This document shows, piece after piece, positions 20,467 to 28,880 of a DNA stretch of 64,000 bases (position 1 is the stretch's first letter; each line of letters starts with the position of its first letter). Source of the DNA: Gemmatimonadaceae bacterium (lineage in GTDB: Bacteria > Gemmatimonadota > Gemmatimonadetes > Gemmatimonadales > Gemmatimonadaceae); the NCBI GenBank assembly GCA_045803545.1, contig JBJMOW010000005.1, forward strand, positions 864,001-928,000, written 5' to 3'. Below the pieces are notes generated by a model that was not told the origin of the DNA, searched no databases, and worked only from the letters and a program-made list of their open reading frames with translations. The position numbers and the translations under genes are program-made.

Positions 20467-21455
20467 CAGTGATGCTTCTTCGCCTCGCGCACCGCGTCGG
20501 TAAGTGCGGGCACAACTTCAAAGACGTCGCCCACGATTCCGTAATCGGCAACCTTGAAGATTGGCGCGTCCTTGTCCTTGTTGATGGCGACGATGGTTTT
20601 CGAGGTGCGCATTCCCGCCAGATGCTGCACGGCACCGGAGATTCCTACCGCGACGTAGAGCTCGGGGCTGACGAGTCGTCCGGTCTGGCCAATCTGGTCG
20701 CTGTGAGGCCGCCAGCCGTCGTCGGTGACTGCGCGCGTGGCTCCAACCGCGGCGTTACCAAAGGCAGATGCGAGATCTTCAATGAGCTTGAAATTTTCCG
20801 CCGCCTTCAATCCGCGACCGCCCGCGACGACGACCGGGGCCTCGGCAAGATCGAGCCTGTCTCTGCTTCCCTGTTTCGTCTCCAGAACTTTGACCCGAGT
20901 CGATCCGGGATCTGTCGCGGGCTGAGCGGTCTCGACCCGTCCAGCCTTTGGGTTCTGGGCCGGCGCGATCACATTCGGCCGCATCGCGATAATCGCCGGC
21001 GTGCCGGACATCGAGATCGTCGCGATGACCTTGCCGATGTTCATTGGATGCCGCACGACCAGATTCTGACCCTGAACGTCGAATGAGAGAACATCGGTCA
21101 CCACACTGACGCCGAGCCGCGCGGCCACGCGCGGCGCCAAATCGCGACCTTGAGCCGAGGTGCTGAACACTGCGGCGCGATATCCGCCCGCCTTGATGCG
21201 CTCGGCCGCGGTGGCCGTCGCAGCTTCGGGGTTGTAGTTGGCAAGGGCAGGATTCTCTACGATGATCACGACATCCGCGCCGTGTTGTCCAAGCTGCTGC
21301 GCTTTCGCGGCGATTCCGGCGGGCCCCAGCACGAGAGCGTGGACTTCCCCGCCTCCGGTTTTGTCGGCGAGCGTTCGCGCCGCGGTTACCGCTTCGAGTC
21401 CAACTTTCCGCACTTCGCTGCCGCGGGTTTCGACAAAAGCAAACACGTTTGCCAT
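20466..21455 (-). CDS. etfA: electron transfer flavoprotein alpha subunit
   Basis: [25 protein letters not shown] and [11 protein letters not shown] motifs. Confidence 0.96.
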   Translation of the reverse strand: MANVFAFVETRGSEVRKVGLEAVTAARTLADKTGGGEVHALVLGPAGIAAKAQQLGQHGADVVIIVENPALANYNPEAATATAAERIKAGGYRAAVFSTSAQGRDLAPRVAARLGVSVVTDVLSFDVQGQNLVVRHPMNIGKVIATISMSGTPAIIAMRPNVIAPAQNPKAGRVETAQPATDPGSTRVKVLETKQGSRDRLDLAEAPVVVAGGRGLKAAENFKLIEDLASAFGNAAVGATRAVTDDGWRPHSDQIGQTGRLVSPELYVAVGISGAVQHLAGMRTSKTIVAINKDKDAPIFKVADYGIVGDVFEVVPALTDAVREAKKHH

Positions 21456-22222
21456 TACAGAACCTTGGCTTCGGTTTGCAGCAGTTTCACGAGCTCCGGA
21501 ACGGCGGCAGCGCCTTCACCGATGATGCGTCCCGCCTGTCGTTCGGGTGGCAGCTCGAGGCGCGTCACGGTGAGCTGCGGCTGTGGCAGTTGCGCCGCTC
21601 TCGATTCGAGCGGCTTTTTCTTGGCGGCCATGATTCCCTTGAGGGACGGCAGTCGCGCGGTGTTGAGGCCTTCATCAACTGTGAGCACGGCGGGGAGTGG
21701 AAATTCCACGATCTCCTGCGCTCCTTCGAGCTCACGTTTGGCGGTTCCCTTCCCGCTGGCGATCTCCAGAGACGAGATCGCACTCACACATGGCAGCTCG
21801 AGCATCTCGGCGACCATCTGGCCGACGACGCCGTTGGACGAGTCGGGAGACATCTTTCCGAAAAGAATGAGATCATAGCCGCCCGATCTGAGCTCGGCGG
21901 CGAGCGCGCTGGCGACAGCGAACCCGTCGAATGGCACCTTGTCGGCCTTGAGATGAACTCCGCGGTCGGCGCCCATGCTGAGCCCTTTGCGAATGGTCTC
22001 CTGGACGACGTCGGGACCGAGCGAGATAACGGTCACCTCGCTGCCGGCGTTCTTGTCCTTGAGCTGCAGCGCCGCTTCGACTGCCCAGGCGTCGAAATCG
22101 TTGAGATCGAACTTCAGCCCAGCTTCATCGACCGAGACGTTGTCCGCACCGATCCTGAAGCGGACGTCCATATCGGGCACCCGCTTGACGCACACGGCAA
22201 GCTTCACCGCGGGAATCTCCAT
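21455..22222 (-). CDS. etfB: electron transfer flavoprotein beta subunit
   Basis: VCVKRVPD, LNDFDAWAVEAAL, MGADRG and RLPSLKGIMAAKKK motifs. Confidence 0.96.
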   Translation of the reverse strand: MEIPAVKLAVCVKRVPDMDVRFRIGADNVSVDEAGLKFDLNDFDAWAVEAALQLKDKNAGSEVTVISLGPDVVQETIRKGLSMGADRGVHLKADKVPFDGFAVASALAAELRSGGYDLILFGKMSPDSSNGVVGQMVAEMLELPCVSAISSLEIASGKGTAKRELEGAQEIVEFPLPAVLTVDEGLNTARLPSLKGIMAAKKKPLESRAAQLPQPQLTVTRLELPPERQAGRIIGEGAAAVPELVKLLQTEAKVL

Positions 22223-22264
22223 GTGAGTGATCGGGGAAATATATCTAGGCGAGACTGGCGTCCG

Positions 22265-22333
22265 GCGGGAGGCGGGAAGCGGGAGGCGGGAGGCGGGGGT
22301 GGGAAGTGGGAAGCGGGAAGCGGGAAGCGGGAT
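22265..22333 (+). repeat. ~10-unit G(C/T)GGGA(A/G) heptamer tract upstream of etfB
   Basis: Read directly from the sequence. Confidence 0.9.
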
Positions 22334-22383
22334 GGATGCGGGATCGACAGCTGCCGATCTGACCGCACCAAATTCTCGCCGAC

Positions 22384-22413
22384 AAAAAAAGGCCCGGCGC
22401 TTGTCCGGGCCCC
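22384..22413 (-). terminator. Rho-independent terminator after the gcdH-MEDS genes
   Basis: Minus strand reads GGCCCGG-acaagcg-CCGGGCC-TTTTTTT. Confidence 0.85.
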
Positions 22414-22451
22414 TTCGCTCCGCTCGACTGCAGTCGGAGGAGAAGGTAGAG

Positions 22452-23165
22452 CTATAGCGTCAGAGAGTCGTCAGTGGTGCGAATCGTACCGCGGAACGCC
22501 GTGTCGCCGTGGTGACTGAGTCTGATGTGACGCTCCTTGGCGCGAGTCTCCATGTCGTCCAATGAGGCCAGATACTCCTCCATTTTGACGAAATACGGGT
22601 TTTCGCGAAGCACGTTGCGCGAGATCGTGAGCGGATGCGTCTCGTAGGCACCGTGAACCATCACGCTCCCCGACAAGGATGCGACGTCGTACATGCAGAC
22701 CACGACACAGGGAAACTGCTTCGCGGCCGATGTTACTTTCGCTTCGAACGACAGGATGTCGATATCGGCCGGCCATCCCGAGCGCGCCCATCCGATGTTG
22801 CCGAGCAGACGGATGCAATTGCAGCCCGTATCAACCGCGCGCTGAAAGGTGCCGCCGATATTGGCGAGCAATTCACTGCCGTCCGGATTGCCGGAGACGA
22901 CGGAGAGCCGGCCAGCTTTCCGTACCTTCTCGACATCGACCTTTTTTCGACGCAGCACGTCGAGCACGCGCGAGTTGGCATCATCGTGCCCGAACACGAC
23001 CAGGTGGTCGCGCTTCTTGAGTCCGGCGAGAAGAAACTCTACGGCTTCGTCGAACTCCGAATCCCTCTCCCAGAAGTACGCGATGTGATCGCCGAGATGT
23101 ACTCGTTCACCACGCAGACCGAGCTCGACGGAAGCTTCAGTGGAGCGAGTGCGACGCCTGGTCAT
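22452..23165 (-). CDS. stand-alone MEDS domain protein
   Basis: GDHIAYFW...FLLAGL, IRLLGNIGW, VVVCMYD, THP and ENPYF motifs. Confidence 0.85.
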   Translation of the reverse strand: MTRRRTRSTEASVELGLRGERVHLGDHIAYFWERDSEFDEAVEFLLAGLKKRDHLVVFGHDDANSRVLDVLRRKKVDVEKVRKAGRLSVVSGNPDGSELLANIGGTFQRAVDTGCNCIRLLGNIGWARSGWPADIDILSFEAKVTSAAKQFPCVVVCMYDVASLSGSVMVHGAYETHPLTISRNVLRENPYFVKMEEYLASLDDMETRAKERHIRLSHHGDTAFRGTIRTTDDSLTL

Positions 23166-24334
23166 TCGAACGCACTGAGGCCGGTGACTGCCTGGCCGAG
23201 GATCAGCGTGTGAACGTCATGCGTGCCCTCGTAGGTGTATACGCTTTCGAGGTTTGCCATGTGTCGCATTGAGGAGTATTCGGCAAGGATGCCGTTGGCG
23301 CCGAGCAGTCGGCGCGCTTCGCGAGCGATATCGGTCGCCACGCTGACATTGTTACGCTTGGCGAGCGAGACCTGTTGAGGAGTGAAGGTCCCGGCGTCCT
23401 TGAGACGGCCCAGGTGCAGCGCGAGCAGTTGTCCCTTCACCAACTCGGTCAGCATATCAGCCAGGCGCTGCTGCTGTAGCTGGAATCCGGCGATCGGCTT
23501 ACCGAACATCACCCGGTTTCCGGCGTAGGCGAGGGCTTCCTCGTAGCACGCCTGTGCCGCGCCCATCGCGCCCCACGCAATCCCGTATCGCGCCTGGGTG
23601 AGACACATCAGTGGGCTCTTGATGCCGCCCGATTTCGGTAGCAGACAGTCTGCTCCGACTTTCACATCCTGGAGGACGAGCTCGCTGGTGTCAGATGCGC
23701 GCAGCGAAAGTTTTCCCTTCTGGTCCCTGGCAGTGAAGCCGGCAGTGTCGGTTGGAACGATGAAGCCGCGGATCGACTTGTCGGATTTGTCATCGCCGGT
23801 CTTGGCCCAGACGATGGCGACGTCGGCAGTCGATCCGTTGGTGATCCACATCTTGGCACCGCTGATCACCCAGCTGCCGTCCTTTTGCTCGCGAGCGCGG
23901 GTGATCATGCCCGATGGGTTCGATCCGTAATCGGGCTCCGTCAAACCAAAGCATCCGATTAATTCCCCTTGTGCCATTTTGGGGAGATAATGGCGCTTCT
24001 GTTCCTCGCTTCCGAACGCGTAGATCGGATACATCACCAGAGCGCCCTGCACCGAAGCAAAGGAGCGCACGCCGGAATCACCGCGCTCGAGCTCGTGCAT
24101 GATCAACCCGTACGCGACGTTGTTCAGTCCTGCGCAGCCGTATTCCTCCGGCAGATTGGCGCCAAACATCCCCAGCTCCGCCATCTCCGGGATCAGCTCT
24201 TTCGGAAATCTTCCGTCTATATAGCAATCGCCGATGACGGGCAGGACCTTCTCATCGACGAACGATCGTATGGTATCGCGGACCGCGCGCTCCTCTTCGG
24301 AGAGGACGCTATCCAGATTGTAGAAATCAGACAT
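23162..24334 (-). CDS. gcdH: acyl-CoA dehydrogenase, glutaryl-CoA dehydrogenase type
   Basis: ELERGDSGVRSFASVQG, GCFGLTEPDYGSNP, ARYGIAWG and YTYEGTHDVH motifs. Confidence 0.85.
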   Translation of the reverse strand: MSDFYNLDSVLSEEERAVRDTIRSFVDEKVLPVIGDCYIDGRFPKELIPEMAELGMFGANLPEEYGCAGLNNVAYGLIMHELERGDSGVRSFASVQGALVMYPIYAFGSEEQKRHYLPKMAQGELIGCFGLTEPDYGSNPSGMITRAREQKDGSWVISGAKMWITNGSTADVAIVWAKTGDDKSDKSIRGFIVPTDTAGFTARDQKGKLSLRASDTSELVLQDVKVGADCLLPKSGGIKSPLMCLTQARYGIAWGAMGAAQACYEEALAYAGNRVMFGKPIAGFQLQQQRLADMLTELVKGQLLALHLGRLKDAGTFTPQQVSLAKRNNVSVATDIAREARRLLGANGILAEYSSMRHMANLESVYTYEGTHDVHTLILGQAVTGLSAFE

Positions 24335-24369
24335 GCGGGAAAGTTAGCGAAAGATTGCGGCTTTACCTA

Positions 24370-24492
24370 AGGACAACTGCAACAGAACGGGATGCGGGTT
24401 CCCAGTTTATGGTTCCGGGTTTTCGGAGCGTTTAACCGACAACCGGAAACCAGTAACCGGCGACTCGCATCCCGTTCTGTTGCAGTTGTCCT
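24370..24492. repeat. 123-bp inverted-repeat (MITE/REP-like) element with 27-bp perfect terminal arms
   Basis: AGGACAACTGCAACAGAACGGGATGCG ... CGCATCCCGTTCTGTTGCAGTTGTCCT, with imperfect inner pairing. Confidence 0.9.
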
Positions 24493-24496
24493 CAGT

Positions 24497-25183
24497 CTAG
24501 GCCACCGCCCGACAAGCGAGTGGAGTAATCCCCACCGCGCGTGCTTTGGCTCGAAATGATGCCCCGTGATCGACGCCGAGTCCCTGCTCGTCCTGCCACT
24601 GGTGCACCATCTCGTGCAGCAGGGTGTGCAGCGCTTCGTCCCAGCCGTCGCGGCGGATGTGACGGCGACTGAGGACGATCTCGGGCTCGCAACCTTCCGC
24701 GGCCGGGCTGTAGTGGCCGAGTCGGCTGCGCATGCGCCGCGAAATACGAATTGGAATCGTGCGCAGCTGGCCCGAGAATCGGTCGCCGTTGTAGGCCTGG
24801 TGCCACCGTACCAGCTCGCGAACGAGTGGCACATCGGCAGGATGCGTTTTCTCCGGCGCCCGTCTACGACGCGGGACTTCGGGTCGCGCGACCGGAAACT
24901 CGAGAATGGTCCGGCGAGCGGCGTTGCGCGCCACGCGAGTGCGGCCGTGGACGAAGGTGATGATGGCGCTCCACACATCCTCCTCCGCCTGAAGGAAGCT
25001 GTTGTGGATGCGCAGCTCGCCACCGCTGTAGCTCACGACTACAGTGCGATTGGATGTCAGACGCACCCGATACTGCGACCCGAGCCCGAGACGCTGGAGC
25101 CGCGCGCGCAATTCTTCCGCATTTGAGGGTTGTTCTTCCGCCAGCTCCAGCATCAGCTGGTCGCGATCACTCAGGCGCAACAT
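24497..25183 (-). CDS. SprT-like zinc metalloprotease
   Basis: TLLHEMVHQW (HExxH) followed by DHGASF. Confidence 0.88.
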   Translation of the reverse strand: MLRLSDRDQLMLELAEEQPSNAEELRARLQRLGLGSQYRVRLTSNRTVVVSYSGGELRIHNSFLQAEEDVWSAIITFVHGRTRVARNAARRTILEFPVARPEVPRRRRAPEKTHPADVPLVRELVRWHQAYNGDRFSGQLRTIPIRISRRMRSRLGHYSPAAEGCEPEIVLSRRHIRRDGWDEALHTLLHEMVHQWQDEQGLGVDHGASFRAKARAVGITPLACRAVA

Positions 25184-26009
25184 ACTCCGAGCGTTGAAAG
25201 CACTGGTGCGGACCTTCCACGAAGGTGCGCTGTTCTTTCGACCACACGTGGGTCGTGACGTCGATGGTCGTCGTACCGATCTCGATGACGTTGACTGAAG
25301 AAGGCCTGCCTCCGCGCGAGCGGTTGGAGATGGTGCCCGCCGTCGAGATCACTGTCCCCTTCCTCGTGTGCTCGATGTAGTGCACCGACTCCTGATGGTC
25401 GTGTCCACAACAGACTACATCGACACCCATCTCAGCGAAAGCCCCGAGAATCTTCTGCGTGTTCTTGAGTCCGTGCCTCTGCGAGAGCTCGCCACGCACA
25501 GGGTTGTGGTGCATCACGATCACCCGCGCATCACGCGGAGCTGCTTTCTGAAAGATCTCCTTCGCCTCGTCCAGTTGCTTCTTGTGGATGTCTCCGATGA
25601 TCGAGATGTCCCGCAGATTCCAGGTGAGCGTGCGCAGCGTTACACCATGAGCGGTATTGAGACCGACGAAAGTCGCGCCCGGCGCGTGCAGCACCGGCTC
25701 CAGATCCTTGTCGATGAAACTGCGGTAGTTCGCGTAGACTTTCGGCTTGGTACCGAAGCCCAATGGAGCACGCCACCATTTTACATCGTGATTGCCCGGA
25801 ACGGTGATGACGCGACTGACCCTCTTGGCATCGCGGATGAACGCTGCAGCCCGCTGGAATTCGCCGGCGCGTGCGCGCTGCGTGAGATCGCCGGAAATAA
25901 CCACCACATCAAACTTCGCGGCCGCAATGATCTGTTCGATCGCCTCGATCTGCTCGGGGACCGCCGGCCAGCCGAAGTGAAGATCAGAGACGTGGAAAAT
26001 GCTGGTCAT
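25167..26009 (-). CDS. metallophosphoesterase (calcineurin-like/CpdA-like)
   Basis: SDLH, SGDLT, PGNHD, MHH and GHDH motifs. Confidence 0.92.
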   Translation of the reverse strand: MTSIFHVSDLHFGWPAVPEQIEAIEQIIAAAKFDVVVISGDLTQRARAGEFQRAAAFIRDAKRVSRVITVPGNHDVKWWRAPLGFGTKPKVYANYRSFIDKDLEPVLHAPGATFVGLNTAHGVTLRTLTWNLRDISIIGDIHKKQLDEAKEIFQKAAPRDARVIVMHHNPVRGELSQRHGLKNTQKILGAFAEMGVDVVCCGHDHQESVHYIEHTRKGTVISTAGTISNRSRGGRPSSVNVIEIGTTTIDVTTHVWSKEQRTFVEGPHQCFQRSEYVAPE

Positions 26010-26046
26010 GGCGGAGGCGAGAGGCGGGAGGCGGGAGGCGCAGGCC
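26010..26046. repeat. GGCGGGA-type heptamer tract abutting the metallophosphoesterase start codon
   Basis: GGCGGAGGCGAGAGGCGGGAGGCGGGAGGCGCAGGC. Confidence 0.7.
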
Positions 26047-26081
26047 GGTTCGAGGCGAGGACTGCGGCAACACTCGCATGC

Positions 26082-26714
26082 TCAGGGCGCGACGACGAGA
26101 TCCGCGAAATGCCTCGCCACACTGGCGGCAAGCTCTGGTGAGAACGTTGTCATCGGGTCGCTCGGAATCTCCCAAATTCCCTTGAGTTGGGCCATGCGCG
26201 AATCGATCAGCACGACGCGCAAAGTCGCAACGCCTGTACCACCCTGACTCGACAGCCTGAGCTCCACCGGAAGAAGCGCGTAGCGAGAGCCCTTGAGACC
26301 AACCAGTCCCCGCACCTGCGATGCCAAAGGATCACGGACCGCGGGATCCTGTGGTGGTCGGCCGCGCAGCCACTCCGCCGACAAGGAGCGCGCGTCCGTC
26401 ATCAGGATGCTGTTCACTTTGGACGCACGCTCCACTTCACGACCGAACGTCCACGCCGAGCCCAGACCGCGGGCGCTCAGCTCTCGCTCGATCTTCGCAT
26501 CGAGGTCATCGAGAAAAACGGCGCGGTTGGGAATGTTCTTCATCCAACCCAGACTGTCGGTGGTCGACAGATACTGGACGGGCAGCACGAGCATCTCCTG
26601 GCCGGCAAGCCGCTCGAGCGGACGCAACTGGGCCGCCGGGGGAGTTGTTTCGGGAGGCTTCGAGGCGCAGGCAAGCGAAAAAGCGGCTGCTGCGGGAATT
26701 AAGTAGTGTCGCAC
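26082..26714 (-). CDS. hypothetical lipoprotein
   Basis: Lipobox SLAC at residues 14-17. Confidence 0.7.
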   Translation of the reverse strand: MRHYLIPAAAAFSLACASKPPETTPPAAQLRPLERLAGQEMLVLPVQYLSTTDSLGWMKNIPNRAVFLDDLDAKIERELSARGLGSAWTFGREVERASKVNSILMTDARSLSAEWLRGRPPQDPAVRDPLASQVRGLVGLKGSRYALLPVELRLSSQGGTGVATLRVVLIDSRMAQLKGIWEIPSDPMTTFSPELAASVARHFADLVVAP

Positions 26715-26782
26715 CGGTAGTGTGTGGATTGCGGCGAAAGTTAACGCATACTCAATTTCAATCCTACGCTGTCAATCGAGTG

Positions 26783-28846
26783 ATGCGACAACTCCGCAGC
26801 ATCGTCATCTGGACTCTGGTTTCGATACTTGGCGCGGCCAGCTTCGCCACGCTGGCGCTGTCGCGCGGCGAGAGCGTAAACGCTGCCTGGCTACTCATCG
26901 CGGCCGTATGCACCTACGCCGTCGCGTACCGGTTCTACAGCCGCTTCATCGCCAGCAAAGTGTTCGCGCTCGATCCGGCTCGGCCGACGCCTTCGGTGCG
27001 TCTCAACGACGGACGGGATTTCACACCTACGAACAAGTGGGTGGTGTTCGGCCATCACTTCGCCGCGATCGCGGGGCCAGGTCCGCTCGTCGGTCCGACG
27101 CTGGCCGCGCAATTCGGTTTTCTTCCCGGCGCACTCTGGATAATCGTCGGCGTCGCGCTCGGCGGCGCGGTACAGGACATGGTGATTCTGTGCGCGTCGG
27201 TCCGTCGTGATGGCAAGACCCTCGGCCAGATGGCGAAAGAGGAAATCGGAACCGTCGCCGGCTACACCGCTCTGGTCGCAGTGCTCGGCATCATGATCAT
27301 TCTGATCGCAGTGCTGGCGCTCGTCGTCGTCAACGCTCTCAAGGGAAGTCCCTGGGGCGTCGTCACGATCGGGCTCACGATTCCGACGGCGCTGATCATG
27401 GGCATTTACATGAGGTGGCTCAGACCGAACCGGGTGCTCGAGGCCACTGCCATGGGACTGGTGCTGTTGCTGCTCTCGTTGCTGGCCGGCAGATGGGTTG
27501 CGCAAAACCCGGCGCTCGCGCCGACGTTCACTCTGACCGCAAGAACGCTCGCTATCCTGGTCATGGCGTACAGCTTCTTCGCGTCGGTGTTGCCGGTGTG
27601 GCTGCTGCTCGCGCCCCGCGATTATCTGTCAGCGTTTGTGAAGATCGGGGTCGTGGTCGCGTTAGCACTCGGCATCGTGATCGTGCTGCCGCCGATGCAA
27701 ATGCCGGCGCTGACGCAATTCACTGATGGCACCGGTCCCGTCTTCGCCGGCAAGATATTCCCGTTTGCGTTCATCACCATCGCGTGCGGTGCGATCAGCG
27801 GCTTCCACGCTTTGATTTCATCGGGCACAACGCCGAAGTTGCTCGCGAACGAAGCAGATGCGCGTCTGGTTGGCTATGGCGGCATGCTCACCGAATCACT
27901 GGTAGCGGTGATGGCGCTCATTGCCGCCTGCGTATTGACGCCCGGCGTCTACTTCGCGATCAACGCTCCGGCGAGTGCAATCGGCACCACTGCAGCGAGC
28001 GCCGCCGCTGCGGTTCAGCACTGGGGATTCACGCTCGATCCCGCGCAGATGCAACAACTGGCCGATCAGGTTCAGGAAAAAACGTTGCTGTCGCGGACTG
28101 GCGGCGCGCCGAGTCTCGCGGTCGGGATGGCGCACCTGTTCTCGCGGGTGCTGGGCGGATCTACGGCGATGGCGCTGTGGTACCATTTCGCCATCATGTT
28201 CGAGGCGCTGTTCATCCTGACGACGGTGGACGCGGGTACGCGTGTCGGCCGCTTCATGCTGCAGGATTTGCTGAAGCACGTCTGGGCGCCGATCGGGCGG
28301 GTGTCGTGGTACCCCGCAGTGGTGGTGTCGAGCGCGCTCGTCGTCGCAATGTGGGGGCACTTCCTTTATCAGGGAGTGATGGATCCGCTCGGCGGGATCA
28401 ACTCACTGTGGCCCCTGTTTGGAATCTCGAATCAGCTGCTCGCTGCGGTCGCGCTATGCGTCGGTACAACTGTCATCATCAAAATGGGCAAGGCTCGCTA
28501 CGCCTGGGTGACGATTCTGCCACTGGTGTGGCTGGTAGTCGTAACGATGACGGCCGGGATCGAGAAGATTTTTTCGGCCGACCCGAAGCTTGGATTTCTT
28601 TCACACGCCGGCGTAGTGAGCGCACAAATCGCGAGTGGCGCGCTCCCGGCAGGGGTGCAGACGATCAGCGATGCGCACCGACTGATCGTCAACGACTACA
28701 TCGACGCGGCGGTCGCAGCGTTTTTCCTGGTTTCGGTCGTCGTAATTCTGGTCGCGTCGGCGCACGAGTGGTTTGTCTGTGTCACGGGCCGCAAGGTCCC
28801 GCGCACCACCGAGATTCCGTTCGAGCCCACCACTCGCGCCGCGTGA
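26783..28846 (+). CDS. cstA: carbon starvation protein A family transporter
   Basis: FGHHFAAIAGPGPLVGP, LLAPRDYLS, IACGAISGFH and SRTGGAPSLAVGMA motifs. Confidence 0.96.
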   Translation: MRQLRSIVIWTLVSILGAASFATLALSRGESVNAAWLLIAAVCTYAVAYRFYSRFIASKVFALDPARPTPSVRLNDGRDFTPTNKWVVFGHHFAAIAGPGPLVGPTLAAQFGFLPGALWIIVGVALGGAVQDMVILCASVRRDGKTLGQMAKEEIGTVAGYTALVAVLGIMIILIAVLALVVVNALKGSPWGVVTIGLTIPTALIMGIYMRWLRPNRVLEATAMGLVLLLLSLLAGRWVAQNPALAPTFTLTARTLAILVMAYSFFASVLPVWLLLAPRDYLSAFVKIGVVVALALGIVIVLPPMQMPALTQFTDGTGPVFAGKIFPFAFITIACGAISGFHALISSGTTPKLLANEADARLVGYGGMLTESLVAVMALIAACVLTPGVYFAINAPASAIGTTAASAAAAVQHWGFTLDPAQMQQLADQVQEKTLLSRTGGAPSLAVGMAHLFSRVLGGSTAMALWYHFAIMFEALFILTTVDAGTRVGRFMLQDLLKHVWAPIGRVSWYPAVVVSSALVVAMWGHFLYQGVMDPLGGINSLWPLFGISNQLLAAVALCVGTTVIIKMGKARYAWVTILPLVWLVVVTMTAGIEKIFSADPKLGFLSHAGVVSAQIASGALPAGVQTISDAHRLIVNDYIDAAVAAFFLVSVVVILVASAHEWFVCVTGRKVPRTTEIPFEPTTRAA

Positions 28847-28880
28847 TTGCTCTTCACTCTTCTCCATTAAAGATCCGTTA

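Noticed and set aside
21449..22519. Long alternative-frame ORFs (e.g. 21449-22519, 5093-6424, 27784-28881, 44103-45254, 53560-54729)
   Set aside because: They are shadows overlapping well-supported genes in high-GC DNA, with no motifs and Arg/Ala-rich composition.
24102..24110. Match to putative spacer B (ATCAACCCG) inside gcdH
   Set aside because: The flanking bases do not match spacer A in either orientation, and a lone 9-mer hit is expected by chance in 64 kb.
24335..24350. General leaderless-mRNA signal (TANNNT 5-6 nt before the ATG of gcdH and guaB)
   Set aside because: Only two clear cases were seen, too few to support a claim without TSS data.
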